Source: Rhizophagus irregularis
Taxonomy: Eukaryota
Reading direction: 5' to 3'
Assembly: GCF_026210795.1 (NCBI RefSeq)
Contig: NC_089429.1
Span: 372,001-436,000, forward strand
DNA length: 64,000 nucleotides
Notes under the pieces: generated by a model
The model's input: only the letters and a program-made list of their open reading frames with translations
Told to the model about the DNA's origin: nothing
Databases searched by the model: none
Made by a program: the position numbers and the translations under genes
Shown: positions 26,074 through 40,620 of the stretch, piece by piece
Numbering within the stretch: position 1 is the stretch's first letter
How the letters are laid out: every line of letters begins with the position of its first letter

Positions 26074-26681
26074 GTAATTAATATTTGTCTGTTATGTACA
26101 CATTTTATTTTTATTCTGATTGTTATTTAGAGGAGTTTTAGGAAGTTGTTTAAGTTCTTCCTCTTTTAATTTTACTTTACATGTAATTTCTGTTTCTTTG
26201 TTTACTATCATTAGCAAAATGAATTTTTGTTTAGACTAGCTAAACAAATTCTTTATTGTTTTAATTGGCATTATTTTTATTTTTTCCTTACATTAAGATA
26301 TAATTTTTTAAATAATAAATTTAATTCTTTAATTTTTTTAGATTGATTAACCAATAAAATTGCTGGTAAAATTACTAATAAATTTAAAATTTTTCCTGGA
26401 AACCTTTTTACAGTATTTCTTATTTAAATATAAAGTTAATATATTTAATATTCAAATATAGTATAAAAAGAAAAATATTATTAATAATTAAATAATATTA
26501 TTTATTTTTTAAAATATTTTGAATCAAAATTTAATTAAAATTCTAATATTTTATAATGAAATAAAAATATTATAAAATTATTTTTATTTTTAACTTTTAA
26601 AATTGTTACAGAATATAATGATAAAGAAAATTGTTTTAATAGATTTTTCTTATATAATATTATATAATAAATTATATATTT

Positions 26682-29600
26682 TTATGAATGTTTAATAATT
26701 TCAAGTGAATTTAGTGAATTTGAAAATTGTAGATTATTGGATGATGAATCTAAAAATAATAAAAAAAAATAAATATTAAAAATTATAAAAAAATTGTAAA
26801 AATTTAATAAAATTACCTTTAACATCATTATTTATATCATATAATAATAAATCTAAAAATAATAATATAAAAAAAAATTTAAAAAATTATATAAATTATA
26901 TAACTTAATAATAAATATATTAAATTACCTTCAGTATTTATATTAGATAACTGTAACAATTTATTATAAATAATTTCAATAGTAGGTCTTTCTTCAGGAT
27001 TTTCATTCCAACAGGCAGTATAAAGATTATAATAATCAGATGGTGTATCAGGTATTTTTTCCTCTCTTTTTTTATTGCAAATAATATGTATTGGCAATAA
27101 TATTTCATCAGTATTTTCAAATGGAGGATAACCACTTGATAATTCCCAAAGTAAAACTCCAAGACTATAAATATCAGTTTTCCATGAAAATGGTGGAAGT
27201 TGAGAGCCTTTATGTTTAAGTAATTCTGGTGCTACATATGGAATCATTCCAAAAATTTCTGTATGTATTTTAGTTTGAGTTTCCATACTTTTAGCATATC
27301 CAAAATCTGTTATTTTTGCTTTTCCTTTATGTATAACTATATTTTTTGCATGCTAAAAAAAACAATTTGATTATTAATTAATATATAATATATTTATTAA
27401 AAATATAAAATACTAATAAAAAAAAAACTTACAAGATCTCTATGTATGATTTTTTCTTTATGTAAATAATGCACCCCATTTGTAATATCAAAAGCAAATT
27501 GATATTTTTTATTCCAATTAAGAAATGAAAAATTTTTTTTGAGATAAACTCGCAAGTTACCACTATCAGCATATTCCATAACTATACAATAATTATTTTG
27601 TGATTGTAATTCTATTTTAATTAAAATAAATAAATGTTACTATGATTTTAAATTTAAAATAATAGTTTATATTTTACATACCTTGAGTAATTCCTATAAA
27701 ACGAATAATATTTTCACAAGCATGCACTCTATTTTGCATTTGTATTTCATGTTGAAATGCATCTTCTTGAATATCATTTGAATTATTTAATTTTTTAATA
27801 ACAATAAAATCATTTATTTTTGACCAACGTGCTTTAGATACAGAACCAAAATGACCAGAACCAACTTTTGATAAATCAGTTAATTCATTCCATTCTATAT
27901 ATTTAATTGCTTTTTCTTTAATTGCAGATTTTATCCATAATAAATCTTTTCTTATAGAAATATAATTATTAAAGATATCTTGTAAACCTATTAATAATTT
28001 TGCAAATGTAGGTCGATAATCTGGATTTTGTTTAACAGCTTTTTTTACAAGAATTTGATATTCCTTAGGAATATTAGTATCAGGTGTAAATTTTTCTCGA
28101 TATCCTTTAATTACTTTTTTTATAATATCAGGATTTTCAAATTCTGCATATGGAACTTTACATTCAGCAATCTCCCAAAGAAGAATACCATAACTATAAA
28201 TTTCACATTTAGTATTATATTCTTTTTCCTTATTCACTTCCAGCATTTCAGGAGAACTATATTGAATATATTTTTTATCTTTGAATAAATTATTAGCTAA
28301 TTGAAAATTTGTAAGTTTTGCAACATCATGATTTGTTATTACAATATTTTCAGAACTAATATTTTGATGAAGAATCTATAAAAGAAAAAAAAAATTAAAA
28401 TGAATTTTAATTAAATAAAATTTCTAGAATTTATTACCTTAACAGAATTAAGAAAATTTAACCCTTTGGCAATATCATAAGCAAATTTTAATCTAAATTT
28501 TATTTCAATATTTTGTCCATATAAAGAAATATATTTACGTAAATTTCCATTTTCTGCCCATTCAGTTATTAAATAAAATTTAGAACCATCATAAGTAAGA
28601 CCATAAAATTGAATGATATTTTGACAATATTCAAGTTTTTTAAGGATTGTAACTTGATTTTCAACTTGAACAATAATATGATTTTCTTTAACAGTTTTAA
28701 AAGCAACTTCATCACCATTTATTCTATTAATGTATTTTCTTAATTTATCACTTCGAGGTTTATCATCAGACATTATATAATTATAGTATGGAAGTGGAAA
28801 TTCATTAAATCTTATTCCTTTTTTATTGTCAATCAGACTATGCATATTAATTACCATTTTGATAATTTTATTCATTTCATCATTTGTATCTGTGATATTT
28901 TGATTCATATTATATTCAAATAACTCAATTATACTTTCTGTTAAAGCTTCTTGGAATTCATCATTCAAATTTTTACTTTCTAAATTAACCTTAGGATTAA
29001 TCATTAATAGACTAATACAAGTATCATATTCATTACATAATTCTATAATTTTTGATTTAACAGATTCAATTAATAGATTATTTTGTGTTAATTCTTCGGC
29101 AATAAAATTTTTCATGTCTTGAAGAACTTGAACTAATCTTTGTAAATTAACATGATTTTTTGAAGTATATAAATTATCATCAGTATCTTGTAAAATATAA
29201 ATATTAACTGTATTAGTTGCTTTGGTAATACGATCGATTAAAATTTTTGTTATTTTTTTATGTTGAACTTTATGATATAAATCCATACTTCTATTAAATA
29301 TGCTGGCTACATCTTTAATAAGAGGAAAAAATAGTTCAAAATAAATAGTATTATTTATTTCAGATATTTGTTTCATATTCATACCGGTTATACTTTCTGC
29401 TAAAATTGTTTGAAATTTTATAAGTTCCTTAATATCTTCTTTCAAAATCTTATCTTCATCTTGTTCCTTAAATTTCTTACAATTATCAAAGTTTAATAAA
29501 TCAATACAAGTATTATTATATTCTTCACGTAAATCTTTAAATTTATATTCGATTATTTTATCTTTCAAAAAATCTTGTACTGTATTATATTGTGTTATTT

Positions 29601-30693
29601 CTTCAATATATTTTTTCATTTCTTTAAAAACTTGAAATAATCTTTGTAAATGTGAAGTATCTAAATCTTTATTTGCTTGTATAACTGCAAAATATGCTTC
29701 GAACATTCGTTTAATCAAATTAAAAGTTATATTCTTATTATGTTGAGCAATTTTATACAATTCCTTAACTTCATTAAAAATTTTAGCTATTCTACTTTTT
29801 ACTAAATCCGTTAACAAAATTTTATCATCTTCTTGTTCATTAATCTTAAAATCAAAGTTTATGTTAAAATTTAATAAACTAATTTTAACAATATCATTAT
29901 ATTCATTACGTAATTCTTTAAATTTTTTTTCAAATGTTTCAGTTTCTAAAAGTTCCTGCATCGTATCATATTGCGTTATTTCTTCAATATATTTCTTCAT
30001 ATTTTGAGGAACTTGAAGAATTAATCTACGTAAATTATTATGACTATCTTCATAATGTGATGTGAATAATTCATCTTTTTGTTGTATAATTTTAATTAAA
30101 GGAATTACTTTGGAAATACGTTTCGTTAAAATTCCTGCTATTTTTTTATTATGTTGAGCTTTTTTACACAATTCCTTAACTTCATCAAGAATTTTAACTA
30201 TCGTATTTATCATTGAAGCTGTTTGAAATTTTAAAAATTCTTCAATATCTTCTTTCAAAATTTTATCTTCTTCCTGTGCATTAAATTTTTTAAAATCAAA
30301 AAAATCCAATAAACTAATACTATTATCATATTCTTTATTTAAACTTTTAAATCTTTTTTTAATTGTTTTGACTTTTAAAGATTCATTATATTGTGTTTCT
30401 TTGACAAATTTTATCATGTTTTGAAGAACTTGAACTAATCTTCGTAAACTAGTATAATAATGGTTTGAAATAATTAATTCTTTTCTTTTTTGTAAAATAT
30501 TAACTGCTGAATTTGCCATGGAAATACGTTCCATAAAATTTTTTATTATATTTTTATAATGTTGAGTCGTATGATATATATCCGTAACTTTGATATGTAT
30601 CTCAGTTACATCTTTAATAAGTGGTCCGAATTTTACGAAAGGTTCTGTGTTGTTAGTTTTGTCTTTAATTTTTTTTTTTTGATACTTATTCAT
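26682..30693 (-). CDS. Four MLKL-like helical-bundle repeats, pseudokinase and TKL-type kinase (exons 30693-28438, 28375-27682, 27611-27433, 27352-26929, 26852-26817, 26749-26682)
   Basis: Four ~140 aa repeats with (A)QHNK..I...RI and LxRLxQV..MKKxI motifs. Kinase 1 has HQN and NFQ in place of HRD and DFG. Kinase 2 has GSGHFG, HRDLHAKN, DFG and APE. GT-AG introns join in frame. Confidence 0.85.
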
Positions 30694-33473
30694 TATTCAT
30701 ATACTGTAATATCCAGTGTCGATTAGTGTCGATGATTGATAATTTGTCGTTCACAAATCACAATAATCTCTCTAATGAACTTTTTCTCTAACTAAAATTA
30801 TATTTATTATCTGCAACTCGGCGATAATTTGCATTAATCAATGGCTTATAGACAAGAAAGGTTAAATTTTTCGTCAGACGTGTTACAAAAAAAAATTCCT
30901 GATTATAGGCGCCCAATTTTAATAAAAGGCCTCCTAAAAATATATTCAAAAAAAAAAGAAAAAAAAACTCGTTTCCATACAATTCCGCAGTATTAGAACT
31001 GATATTTCTCCAGCAAGCCTGTTACAATATAGAAATATGAGCGTAAACCGTTACTTTCGAAAGACACTCCTATAGAGCTTGCCTCTGGGTTGAAGTGAAG
31101 GTTGAAAATAATTTTCAGTGGCTCTGCTCTCTTTGGTTCAATCTCGGGAGGTTTTTTCTTCGGTTTTCCTCCGTTACTGTGGCTCCCAATTATCCAGTGC
31201 CAATAACCATATGGTCATAAAATATTTTTATTTTTATTTTTTTTTTTACCGCCCATATGGCTTTCCTTATTCATGCACGTCAGTACTTGGTCAGCAGGCC
31301 AGAGCTTGCCGATCATCATCATACCCTACCCTTTTTTTGCATTACCTACACACCTTCTTTACGTATTGTATACCCCAACTATTGGCATAGGATGTACGTC
31401 AAAATTTCAATGATGATCATCCCATGGATTCTTCATGTGAATTCAGCCGATCATGACGGTTGACTTATTTTATCTATTATTAATTTTTCATCAGCTTGAA
31501 AATTTAATGGTTGGCCGAAATAGGAAAAAAATACGGTGAAAAAATTAATATTTTTTGTTTCTTAGAGTAGGTAATCTAATTTTCTACATATTAGATCTTA
31601 GATTTTGCCTCCGCCCTTCTCTCCATAGGAAGGCGTGTCATAAATAAAAAAACATTTTTTTACCCATAAAATCCAATTTTTTTTTTGTTTGTTAATGCGA
31701 ATCAAAAATAAAAAGTTTATTATCTAATTGAATAAAAAATTGGATTATCGTTTCCATCTTAGTTTTAATTATTTACTTTGTAACAGTATGGTGCTCCATT
31801 TCGATTATTTAAACTAGTAAAATTGCAAAAAAATTTGGAGCTTAATGAAATTTTTACTTTCATACGATCAAACGATCAACGGGTTTTACTTGTAAATTAT
31901 ATGGGTCTGAAACATTTTAAAAGAAAGAATTTACAAAAATTTTTTTGTAAAATTTGTCATATTTTTTTTTATCAAAAGTGAATGATTTGTTTTTTCTTGG
32001 TAAAAGTTTCATATATCTCTATAAGGAAGTAGGGTGTCTGATTAACATTAAGGAACCTCGGGTGTCTGGTGTGATAACCTAAAAATCTTAATTCCGGCCG
32101 GAATTAACTTAATTTCAGCCAAAATTAACATTTATTTTATAACTAATGATCATGATGATTATTATTATTATTCAAAGTAAAGAAAATTAAGCACCTGAAT
32201 CACTGAATGTTCTTCTTTAAGTGTGATTCTCCTATCTGATAAAATACTTTTGTAACTAAAAAAACTACATTTAACATTTACAACAGATACTGGAAATCAA
32301 ATATATACTAAAGTAAGCTAATGCATTAAGTTCAGATAATAAATGCAATTTATTATGCCAATATATGTCTAAATCTATTAATTCTTCAGCTACTTTGTTA
32401 AGTTTACAATAAATTGCCTATTTTTGTATTAGAAAAATAAAATTTTTCAATAATTCTATAATTTGCCATATTGTAGTTATTAGTTAGTATTTGAAATCAA
32501 ATATATTTAAATATATTCAAGTATTCATTTAAATTTATAAAGTGTATTTGAATAATATTTGAATAAGTTTAAATTTATTTTTATAGTAAATTAGTAATAT
32601 TTTACATACATTTAATCTGAATTATAATTTATAATTTTAATTCCATTAAATTTAAGAAATTTAATATCAAATTAGAATATTAACTACAATATATCTAGCT
32701 AAATAAATACTTAAATTAACTTATTAACTACTAAGCTTATTTAAACTTTGCTAACAACTAAAATTTTACGTAATGTATTGTACAATACTTGTATAAGTAT
32801 TGTACAATATATTTAAATTCTATAATGAATTGTACAATAGTTTTGGATTATAAATTGTCAAGTATATATTAATACACAAGCACTTGTAATTTATATAGTC
32901 ACAATTATATTTAAATAAATCATCTTACGATTTTAAACAATTTTTTTTTACTTATACATTACACAATATATATTACAATGGATTGTTATACATATAACTA
33001 TATAACTACTATGTTGTTATTTTTCATTGACAGCTAATAGTAAGTATTTTAATCTGATTAATCACGCACTTTAAGATAATGAATTACTTCTTCTTAATTT
33101 GGCTCATTAAGGAGGTTCCTAACATAATGTTAGTGTTTCATCCACTTATCCGCTGGAAGTCAGACTAAAATATTTCTTACTAATAACTTTTCACACACTC
33201 TTTCTTACTTTTCACACCTATAGTATAAAATTTTTTAATATAATGTTTGATTCATAATTAAATACAAATTTTTATGCACAACATGCAGTAAATACCTGTG
33301 ATTTTTCAAGTATTAAATTATATTACATCGTGAATTACATCATGAAGTACATAGAAAACTGAATACGAGTTACTTCAACTGAATGTTTTCTGCCAAATCC
33401 TCCATGTCCATGTCCATAAATATATCCACATTCATGTTCATGTTCATGTCCACGTCCATTTCTATAGCTTGTA

Positions 33474-33996
33474 CATCAGGAAATTTGTTTAGCGTTTTAA
33501 ATTTAGTAATTTACATTGGAGCGATGTAAAATTTCAAAATATTACACTAAAAACGTAATATTACAAAAGTTTACTTGTTCTTAAATTTGAATAATTATAG
33601 TAATTTAAGAATATCTCGCTATCTACTGATTCAATTAAGACGATCTATAGCTCATTGAATCGTCATAAGAACAAATCGAATGGTAGTAAATTCGCATTTC
33701 TACAGTTGATAGAACACTCTATAGTATGCAATAAAGTTTTAAATTAATAGAAAGTCATCTATCAAACATAAAGATACGATTTTACTACCATTCGATTTGT
33801 CTTGATGAGCTGATTCCAATGAGCTATAGATCATCTTAATTGGATCAGTAGATAGCGAGATATTCTTAAATTACTATAATTATTCAAATTTAAGAGCGTA
33901 AACTTTTGTAATATTACGTTTTTAGTGTAATATTTCAAAATTTTACACCACCTCCGAAATATTACACTAAATTACGCCTAAACAAATTTCCTGATG
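33474..33996. mobile_element. Near-palindromic MITE, TA TSD
   Basis: TA|CATCAGGAAATTTGTTTAG ... CTAAACAAATTTCCTGATG|TA with ~240 bp imperfect inverted arms. Confidence 0.9.
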
Positions 33997-34505
33997 TAGA
34001 AGCTTCCAGTGCATTAAAATTTATTTCATTGGTGAAATTAGTTTGATTATAGTGAGGAAGTATGAGATCATGTGTGATATAATCAAGTGTCTTGACCTCA
34101 TTTAAGTGAGCGTTTGTAAGAAGTGGTTCATCTACGCATTTTAAAATGTTGGTCATACAGTTCTTTTATACGTATAATATTCTGAATTTTTATTATGTGA
34201 TGCAGGGATCGCAGTAGAAATGATATTGTTAAATGAAGTCTTGCGCAGAACGCAGGTTGAAAATTAATGCTATCGGGTACATATTAGATGCACGATATGC
34301 GTACAATATATGTGATATATATGTATGATATTTAACAATACTACACATATCGGGTACCCGATAAGTGTAGTAAAAATGTAGAAAATTGGTAACATATATT
34401 GCAAACATCATATATACATCTTACATATATCGGGTAGTTAAATATTGGTCACATATTATAGACTTATTGGGTACCCAATATATTATGATATATATCATAT
34501 ATATA

Positions 34506-35457
34506 CTAAGAAACGGAAACCGTTGTAAGTCCGGAGCGAAAGATTTTGTACAAAAATCCAAATATCTTTAAAAATTCAATTTGTACAAAAAATCTGGTGT
34601 CCCTAAAAAAAATAAAAAAATGAAACGTTAGAAACGTTTCTTTAAAGTTAAACAAATAAATTAAAACCCCTCTTCACAATTTACCTTTAAAAGTCAGCAT
34701 ATACAAAAAACCCGCATTCCAGATAAAAAAATAAAAATGAAATGTTAAAAACGTTTCTTTAAAGCAAAACAAATAAAAAACAACTTACCAGTCAAGAAAT
34801 CCAGAAACCCTAGGATAAAAGTAAGAAATGAAACGTTAGAAACGTTTCTTTAAAGTCAAATAAATAAGAAAAGCCAATTTACCTTTAAAAATCTGGCGTG
34901 TACAAAAATCCTGTGTCCCTAGAAATAATAATAAGTGAAACGTTAAAAACGTTTCTTTAAAGCAAAACAAATAAAAAAACAACTTACCAGTCCAGTATAT
35001 ACAAGAAATCCAGAAACCCTAGGAAAAAAGTAAGAAATGAAACGTTAAACGTTAAACGTTTCTTTAAAGTTAAACAAATAAAAAACCCTTCACTTCTTAA
35101 TTTACCTTTAAAGTCCAGTATGTGCGAAATCTAGAAACCCTAGAAAAAGAATAAGAAATAAATCAAAAACATTCCTTTGAAGTCAATTAAAAAAAAATAT
35201 ACTCTCTAGACGAAACCAAACAAAAAAAGAGATTATCAGGTAATCATGTTTATCATAAACTTATTATGATTATTACACTTGTTTATTTTTGAAGTAGCAT
35301 AAAATTTCAATGACACAATCTGTACAGACCAATCAGAAATGACGCGTGCGGACATCGCCACGTGATCCAATATGTCATTAAGGTTCATAAACATATATAG
35401 TCCTTCGCTTCGCTCTGGACAATTATACAGATATCATACAGATATCAGACAGATAGA
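34506..35457 (-). mobile_element. Non-autonomous Helitron/Helentron-like element
   Basis: Minus-strand 5' A|TCTATCTGTCTG; 3' hairpin AACGG-TTT-CCGTT then CTTAG|T. Subterminal inverted repeats GTCCGGAGCGAA (34529) and TTCGCTCTGGAC (35409). No TSD. Confidence 0.65.
34560..35165 (-). other. Array of 6 repeated micro-exon/intron units, non-coding
   Basis: Each unit has (C/T)TAAC, a pyrimidine tract, TAG, a 21-36 nt exon and GTAA(G/A)T. Example exons: 35139-35106, 35018-34988, 34918-34883, 34809-34789. Confidence 0.7.
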
Positions 35458-37346
35458 TATATGTATGTCAAAATTGTGTAACTGGGCATATTGGATACCT
35501 GATATGTGTACAATAAATGTGATATATGTGTATGATATTTAACAATACTACACATATCAGGTATCTGATATATGTAGTAGAAATATAGAAAATCGGTGAC
35601 ATATATTATAAACATCATATAATATCTTATACATATCGGGTAGTCAATTGTCAGGTACCCAGTATATTATAGTAAAATATCAGATAGATATTATACACTT
35701 GTACAATATTTATTTTATGCAATAATATAAATACTAATAAATCCATAATTTAAATTCAATTATAATATTAATTTATTTAATAGTACTAAAAGTTTTATTA
35801 TTTTTAATTAATAATAAAAAATTACAAAAAAATAAAATTACAAAAAAGTATATAAAAATTATTCAAGCCATATAAACAATTAGAATTATGTATATCTGTT
35901 ATCTACAAATAATGTGTTCGGTTATTTGCTGCTTATTTTTATCTTTTTAATATTTAAAAGAAAGAAATAGAAATAGTAAAGTATATTAGTAATAATAAAG
36001 ATATTAGTATAAATATTGTTAAACGAATTTGTAAGATAAAAGGAATGATATTAGAAATGTTAATAAAAGAAAAGAAACATAAAAAATGGTTAGTAATAGA
36101 AAATGTTAGTATATTTAGTAGTAAAATATATTAGTAAAAACAAACATTAGTAGGTTAAAAAAAAAGAAAAGAAGTATTAAAAATATTAATAATTTAAATA
36201 AAAATTAATAAAAAATATACCTTTATATTTATTTCACCTTTTTTTGAAGTTTGCTATTAAATAGCAAACTTATTAATTCATTTTTTTAATAAAATAAAAA
36301 AATAAATATTTAAATTACCTTGATATGCGTTATTTCCATATTCTTCTAAAAATACATGATTAGATTTTCTTTTTCTTGAAATTACTATATATAAACCAAA
36401 TTAAACTTTGATTAAATTTTTCTAAAAGAATGTTTAGATTACCTTGACATCTTTTAATTTAGATTTTTTTTTTCTTGAATTCGCAGATATAGAATTACCA
36501 TCTTTACGTATAGTATCAAAAAATGTCCGCTCTTGATGTGAAAGATACTTAGGAACCACCTCGTCTTCTGATTAATGAGACCCTAAGTCAGAGGAGGCTA
36601 GCCTATCAGGTACAAGTACCCTACAACTTCATCCCTAAGTAGTCAAAAATCTTGGGTGGTTTCAGACCACAGCGTACTACATGATTAGTCTTTGGACATG
36701 TTGGGATTTGATAAGTGAAAGAAAAAATAACTCCAGCGCCAGCGTTTTGTAAAGAATAATAAAATAATATTTTTAAGTTAGTTCTTTCTTTAAATTTTTG
36801 AAAAAATTTGTTTCTTAAAATCATAATATTGTAAAAAAATGCTGGTTGCTACAACTGACGGACAACGACAAATTGTCAGGCTACCTCCGGACAAAGTAAT
36901 TGGAAGGCAGAAAATGTCATAAAATATCCAGCCCTATTTCATAACATTTTCCTCCAGGATAAAGCAAATATTACAAAAGAAATTGTAAATATATTTAACA
37001 AGCAATAGATACATGGCCGTTGAAAAATATATTTACATTTCATATTGTAATACTACAGTCTAACAAAGAAAGACAAGAAATTGCAAATATATTTAACAAG
37101 CAATAGATACATGGCCGTTGAAAAATATATTCACACTTATACCACAAAGAAAGACTTAAACTACAACATATTGTAAAGAAAAATATGAAAAATACGTGTA
37201 TATCCTATTTTCATATCTTGCTTAATAGCTCTACTATTATTTAAAAGCAGCTTTTCTCTTTTTTGTATGTGGGTAGATGTGTACATTTTTCTTTTCTTTT
37301 ATTCTCTTCTTTCGTATGTGAGTGGTAGGTACATTTCGTGAATAGA

Positions 37347-37643
37347 AGGACCCCGGATATCTAATATAAAGGTCATAATGGACTTTTGGCCAAAAACACC
37401 CCTTTTTGCTGAAACTCAAAAAATCGTTTTTTGTAAATATCTCAGCATCCAGTAATTCAATTTTAATGAACTTTTTTTTGATTTGTAGCCCTCATTTAGC
37501 TCTACAATTTAAAAAAAAAGTTCATCAAAATTGGACCACTGGATGCCGAGATATTTACAAAAAACGATTTTTCAGCCCCCGAAAAATGGGCCAATCTGCC
37601 GAAAGTGTGACTTATGACCTGTTTTGGAGATATCCGGGATCCT
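37347..37643. mobile_element. Palindromic MITE with 8 bp TSD TGAATAGA
   Basis: AGGACCCCGGATATCT ... AGATATCCGGGATCCT; long internal inverted repeat 37420-37572. Confidence 0.85.
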
Positions 37644-39221
37644 TGAATAGATATGTCTTACTATATTGAATATATAAACTAAAGTGGTAAAGTATTGTTA
37701 ATATTGTAAAAGATAATTAAAGTATACTTGAATAAAAGAGAAAAGAAGTGACAAACAAAAATACTGTAAAGAAAAGTATAATATTTTTAATAAGAAAGAA
37801 AAGTGTATCTTTGAAAATAAACAAAAAAAATCACGCATTAGTAAACACAAATTTTATCTATTTTTAGATATCATATGCATATAATCAAAATGATCTTAAT
37901 TGGTTTATATTATTACATTATGCATAAAGATCAATGTGATTTTATTGGTTAATTTTAACCTTACAATAAAACTAAAAAATATTTAACTGATCATTACACA
38001 TACACATATTTTTATTTATCAATTTATTTGAAACATGTTAATAATATCTAAATAAAAAATTCTATAAATAAAAAATATAGAGTTAATATTTTTGTTATAG
38101 CAATAATTGTAATTATATATTTTTGCTATTCATTGATTGTAAAACAAAGCAATTATATTTAAGAGGTATTTTTCTTTAAAAAAAATGTAATATTTTAAGT
38201 CATATTCCTTAATTATATTGCAATTATACCTATATTAGTATATCGGTATATGAATATCAGTATATTAAATATCACTATGTCAACTGAAGACAATACGAAT
38301 TTCATGTGTAGTTAATTTTATAAGTTTGTTATCAATCATTTGTCTAATTGTTCGATACTATCCTAAAATGGCGTAAATTAAGATCGAATTAAGTTCCATT
38401 TACGGTATATATTAATATCCAGTATAATGATATATTTGACCAGTTATATCAGATGAAAGAATTCATATGTGCTGCATGTGATGTTGACTAACTAGACTAA
38501 CTAATTTTAGTTTCAGATTTAAACTATTAAGAAATGTTTCAGTCAACTATGTTTCACGCTTTTTATCGTTTGTATAATTTATTGTAAAATATGTATTCAA
38601 TCCAGAATTAATCTATAAATTAAATTTTCTATTTAACAATTAAAATAATGCAAAAGTAATAATAAAAAAAGCAATGAAGTGAAATTTCAATTTTTTATCT
38701 AAAATATGAATAAATTTAATTATTCGCCAATCAACCCTTCTATAATTCTTTAATATTCTTTAATAAGTACAGCTAAATTAAATGAATCATAATTTTAATA
38801 ATAAAAATTTAGAATAAAAAAAAAATAAATAAATAAAAATTAAATTAAAAAAGTTTATAAAATAATAAAATATAATGATTAAGTCGCATGGGAGGAAATA
38901 ATCATCCCCAATAACATAAAATAATTACTCCTATTACTTTAGACTTAATCAAAAATTCTTTTTAGACTGTTCTTTTATTTTGTGACTAAGTAAATTACTT
39001 TATCAAATTTCAAATTCAGGAGTCAAAGTATCTACCATGAATTACTTGAAAAATAATTCAGAAATTTATCCTATCAAACATAAACAGCAAAACAATCTTC
39101 AAAGAAAATTCGTATTTCTAATTTTATTTATGATTTCTATTCCAAAAAATCTTCATGTCTTAAACCTCTTCATCCTCTTATCAAATCTAAAATAATTTAC
39201 AAATTAGATATTTATTTATTT

Positions 39222-40620
39222 TTAAAAAAAAAATAAACAATAAAAATATATATTTACCATCTTTGTATCTTCTTTTATCTGTTGAATTTTCTGATGATTC
39301 CTCCTCAATTTAAATTGAAATTGTGCTTTTTTAAGTAAAATTCGGTTTGGATTATGACCTTGAGAATTATAAAGATCTTGTATTTTAATGATTGTATCAT
39401 TATCATTATTTTTATGAAAATCCTCAAATTTTTTAGATAAAAAATTCGCATGCACAAAATAAACTATACTGAATCTTATCCCTCTAATAATCGGAAGGTT
39501 GCCATGTAATAGCAAATAAGAAGAAAATGCAACAATTTGTCCTGATTTTAATTTTACCAGGATTTGAAGTTGAGGAAAACATACCTCAAAATCTTCCAAA
39601 GCTACCAAAAAACAAAGTCCATTTGGATCATCATTACTATCCCAATGGTAATTACTGATTACGTTAAAATTAATAGCTATTGTGGGAAAAATTCCAAAAG
39701 TTCTCGGTACAAATGGTCCCATTGTTAACTTGCTTAGTTTTGTATAATAATGTTCATAATATTTGTTAACAAATCTGTTTACACTATTTGATATTGGTTG
39801 TAATGCAAAAAGTAGATCGTTAACACAATTCTGATGATCAATATTATGAGAGCTGGCAGTATCAAAAGTAGTATATGGAAGATCACCATAACTAATGAAA
39901 GCTCCAAATCGTTCAGCAAGATTTTTCCAAAAACTTCTACTTCGATAGGTTGGATTGTTCAACATATGAAAATAATAACTATTTATGGCTTTGGTTGCTT
40001 CAATGACAGCATTAAAATCATCAAGTCCATCCAGATGAACCAAAGTTTTACCACAACCATCAACAATACATTCAGAATTTGTTACATAACAAAAGTTCTT
40101 AATATTATTATCTTGTGCTGATACAATCATTTTTTTTTTATTTATAGTTGATTTTTTTTTCTCAATTTCTAAAATTTCTTCAGATATTTCCAAAACTTTA
40201 GAATTTCGAATTTCAGCAGCATGTGAAAGTCTCTTCCATTGTGATTTAAGATGTTGACGTACATCTCTTTTACTAATTGGCTCTTTTAATTCCAACTATC
40301 AACCAAATTCAATCCACATATCTTTATTATTGTTCATTAATTGATTATTAGTTGATTCAGTAATACTTTTAGCAAGATTATAAAATTTTAAGGGAATTTC
40401 AGGAATTTCATTATTATTTTTAGATTGTCTTGATTCCCTTATTAAGCATTCAATTAATAAATCCATTACTGAAATATTTTTCATAATTGAAATTGTTATT
40501 ACATTAGAAGATATTCGGCAAAGAGCGCAAAGCGGAACACTTAACCATTCATTTTTCATATATCGAACTATATCTGAGGTACTTAAATCTCTGGAACCTC
40601 CTTGAGTTCGATGCTTAAAT
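39222..40620 (-). pseudogene. TET/JBP-like 2OG-Fe(II) dioxygenase pseudogene
   Basis: HWDSND ... LLHGN ... RFSIVYF (HxD...H...RxS). Tandem stops TGA TAG at 40301-40296 link two ORFs in frame. The usual GGxL segment appears deleted (EDFEVCFP). Upstream exons likely. Confidence 0.75.

Noticed and set aside
31150..31500. GC-richer coding remnant with a CxxC motif on the minus strand
   Set aside because: Multiple stops and no assignable family.
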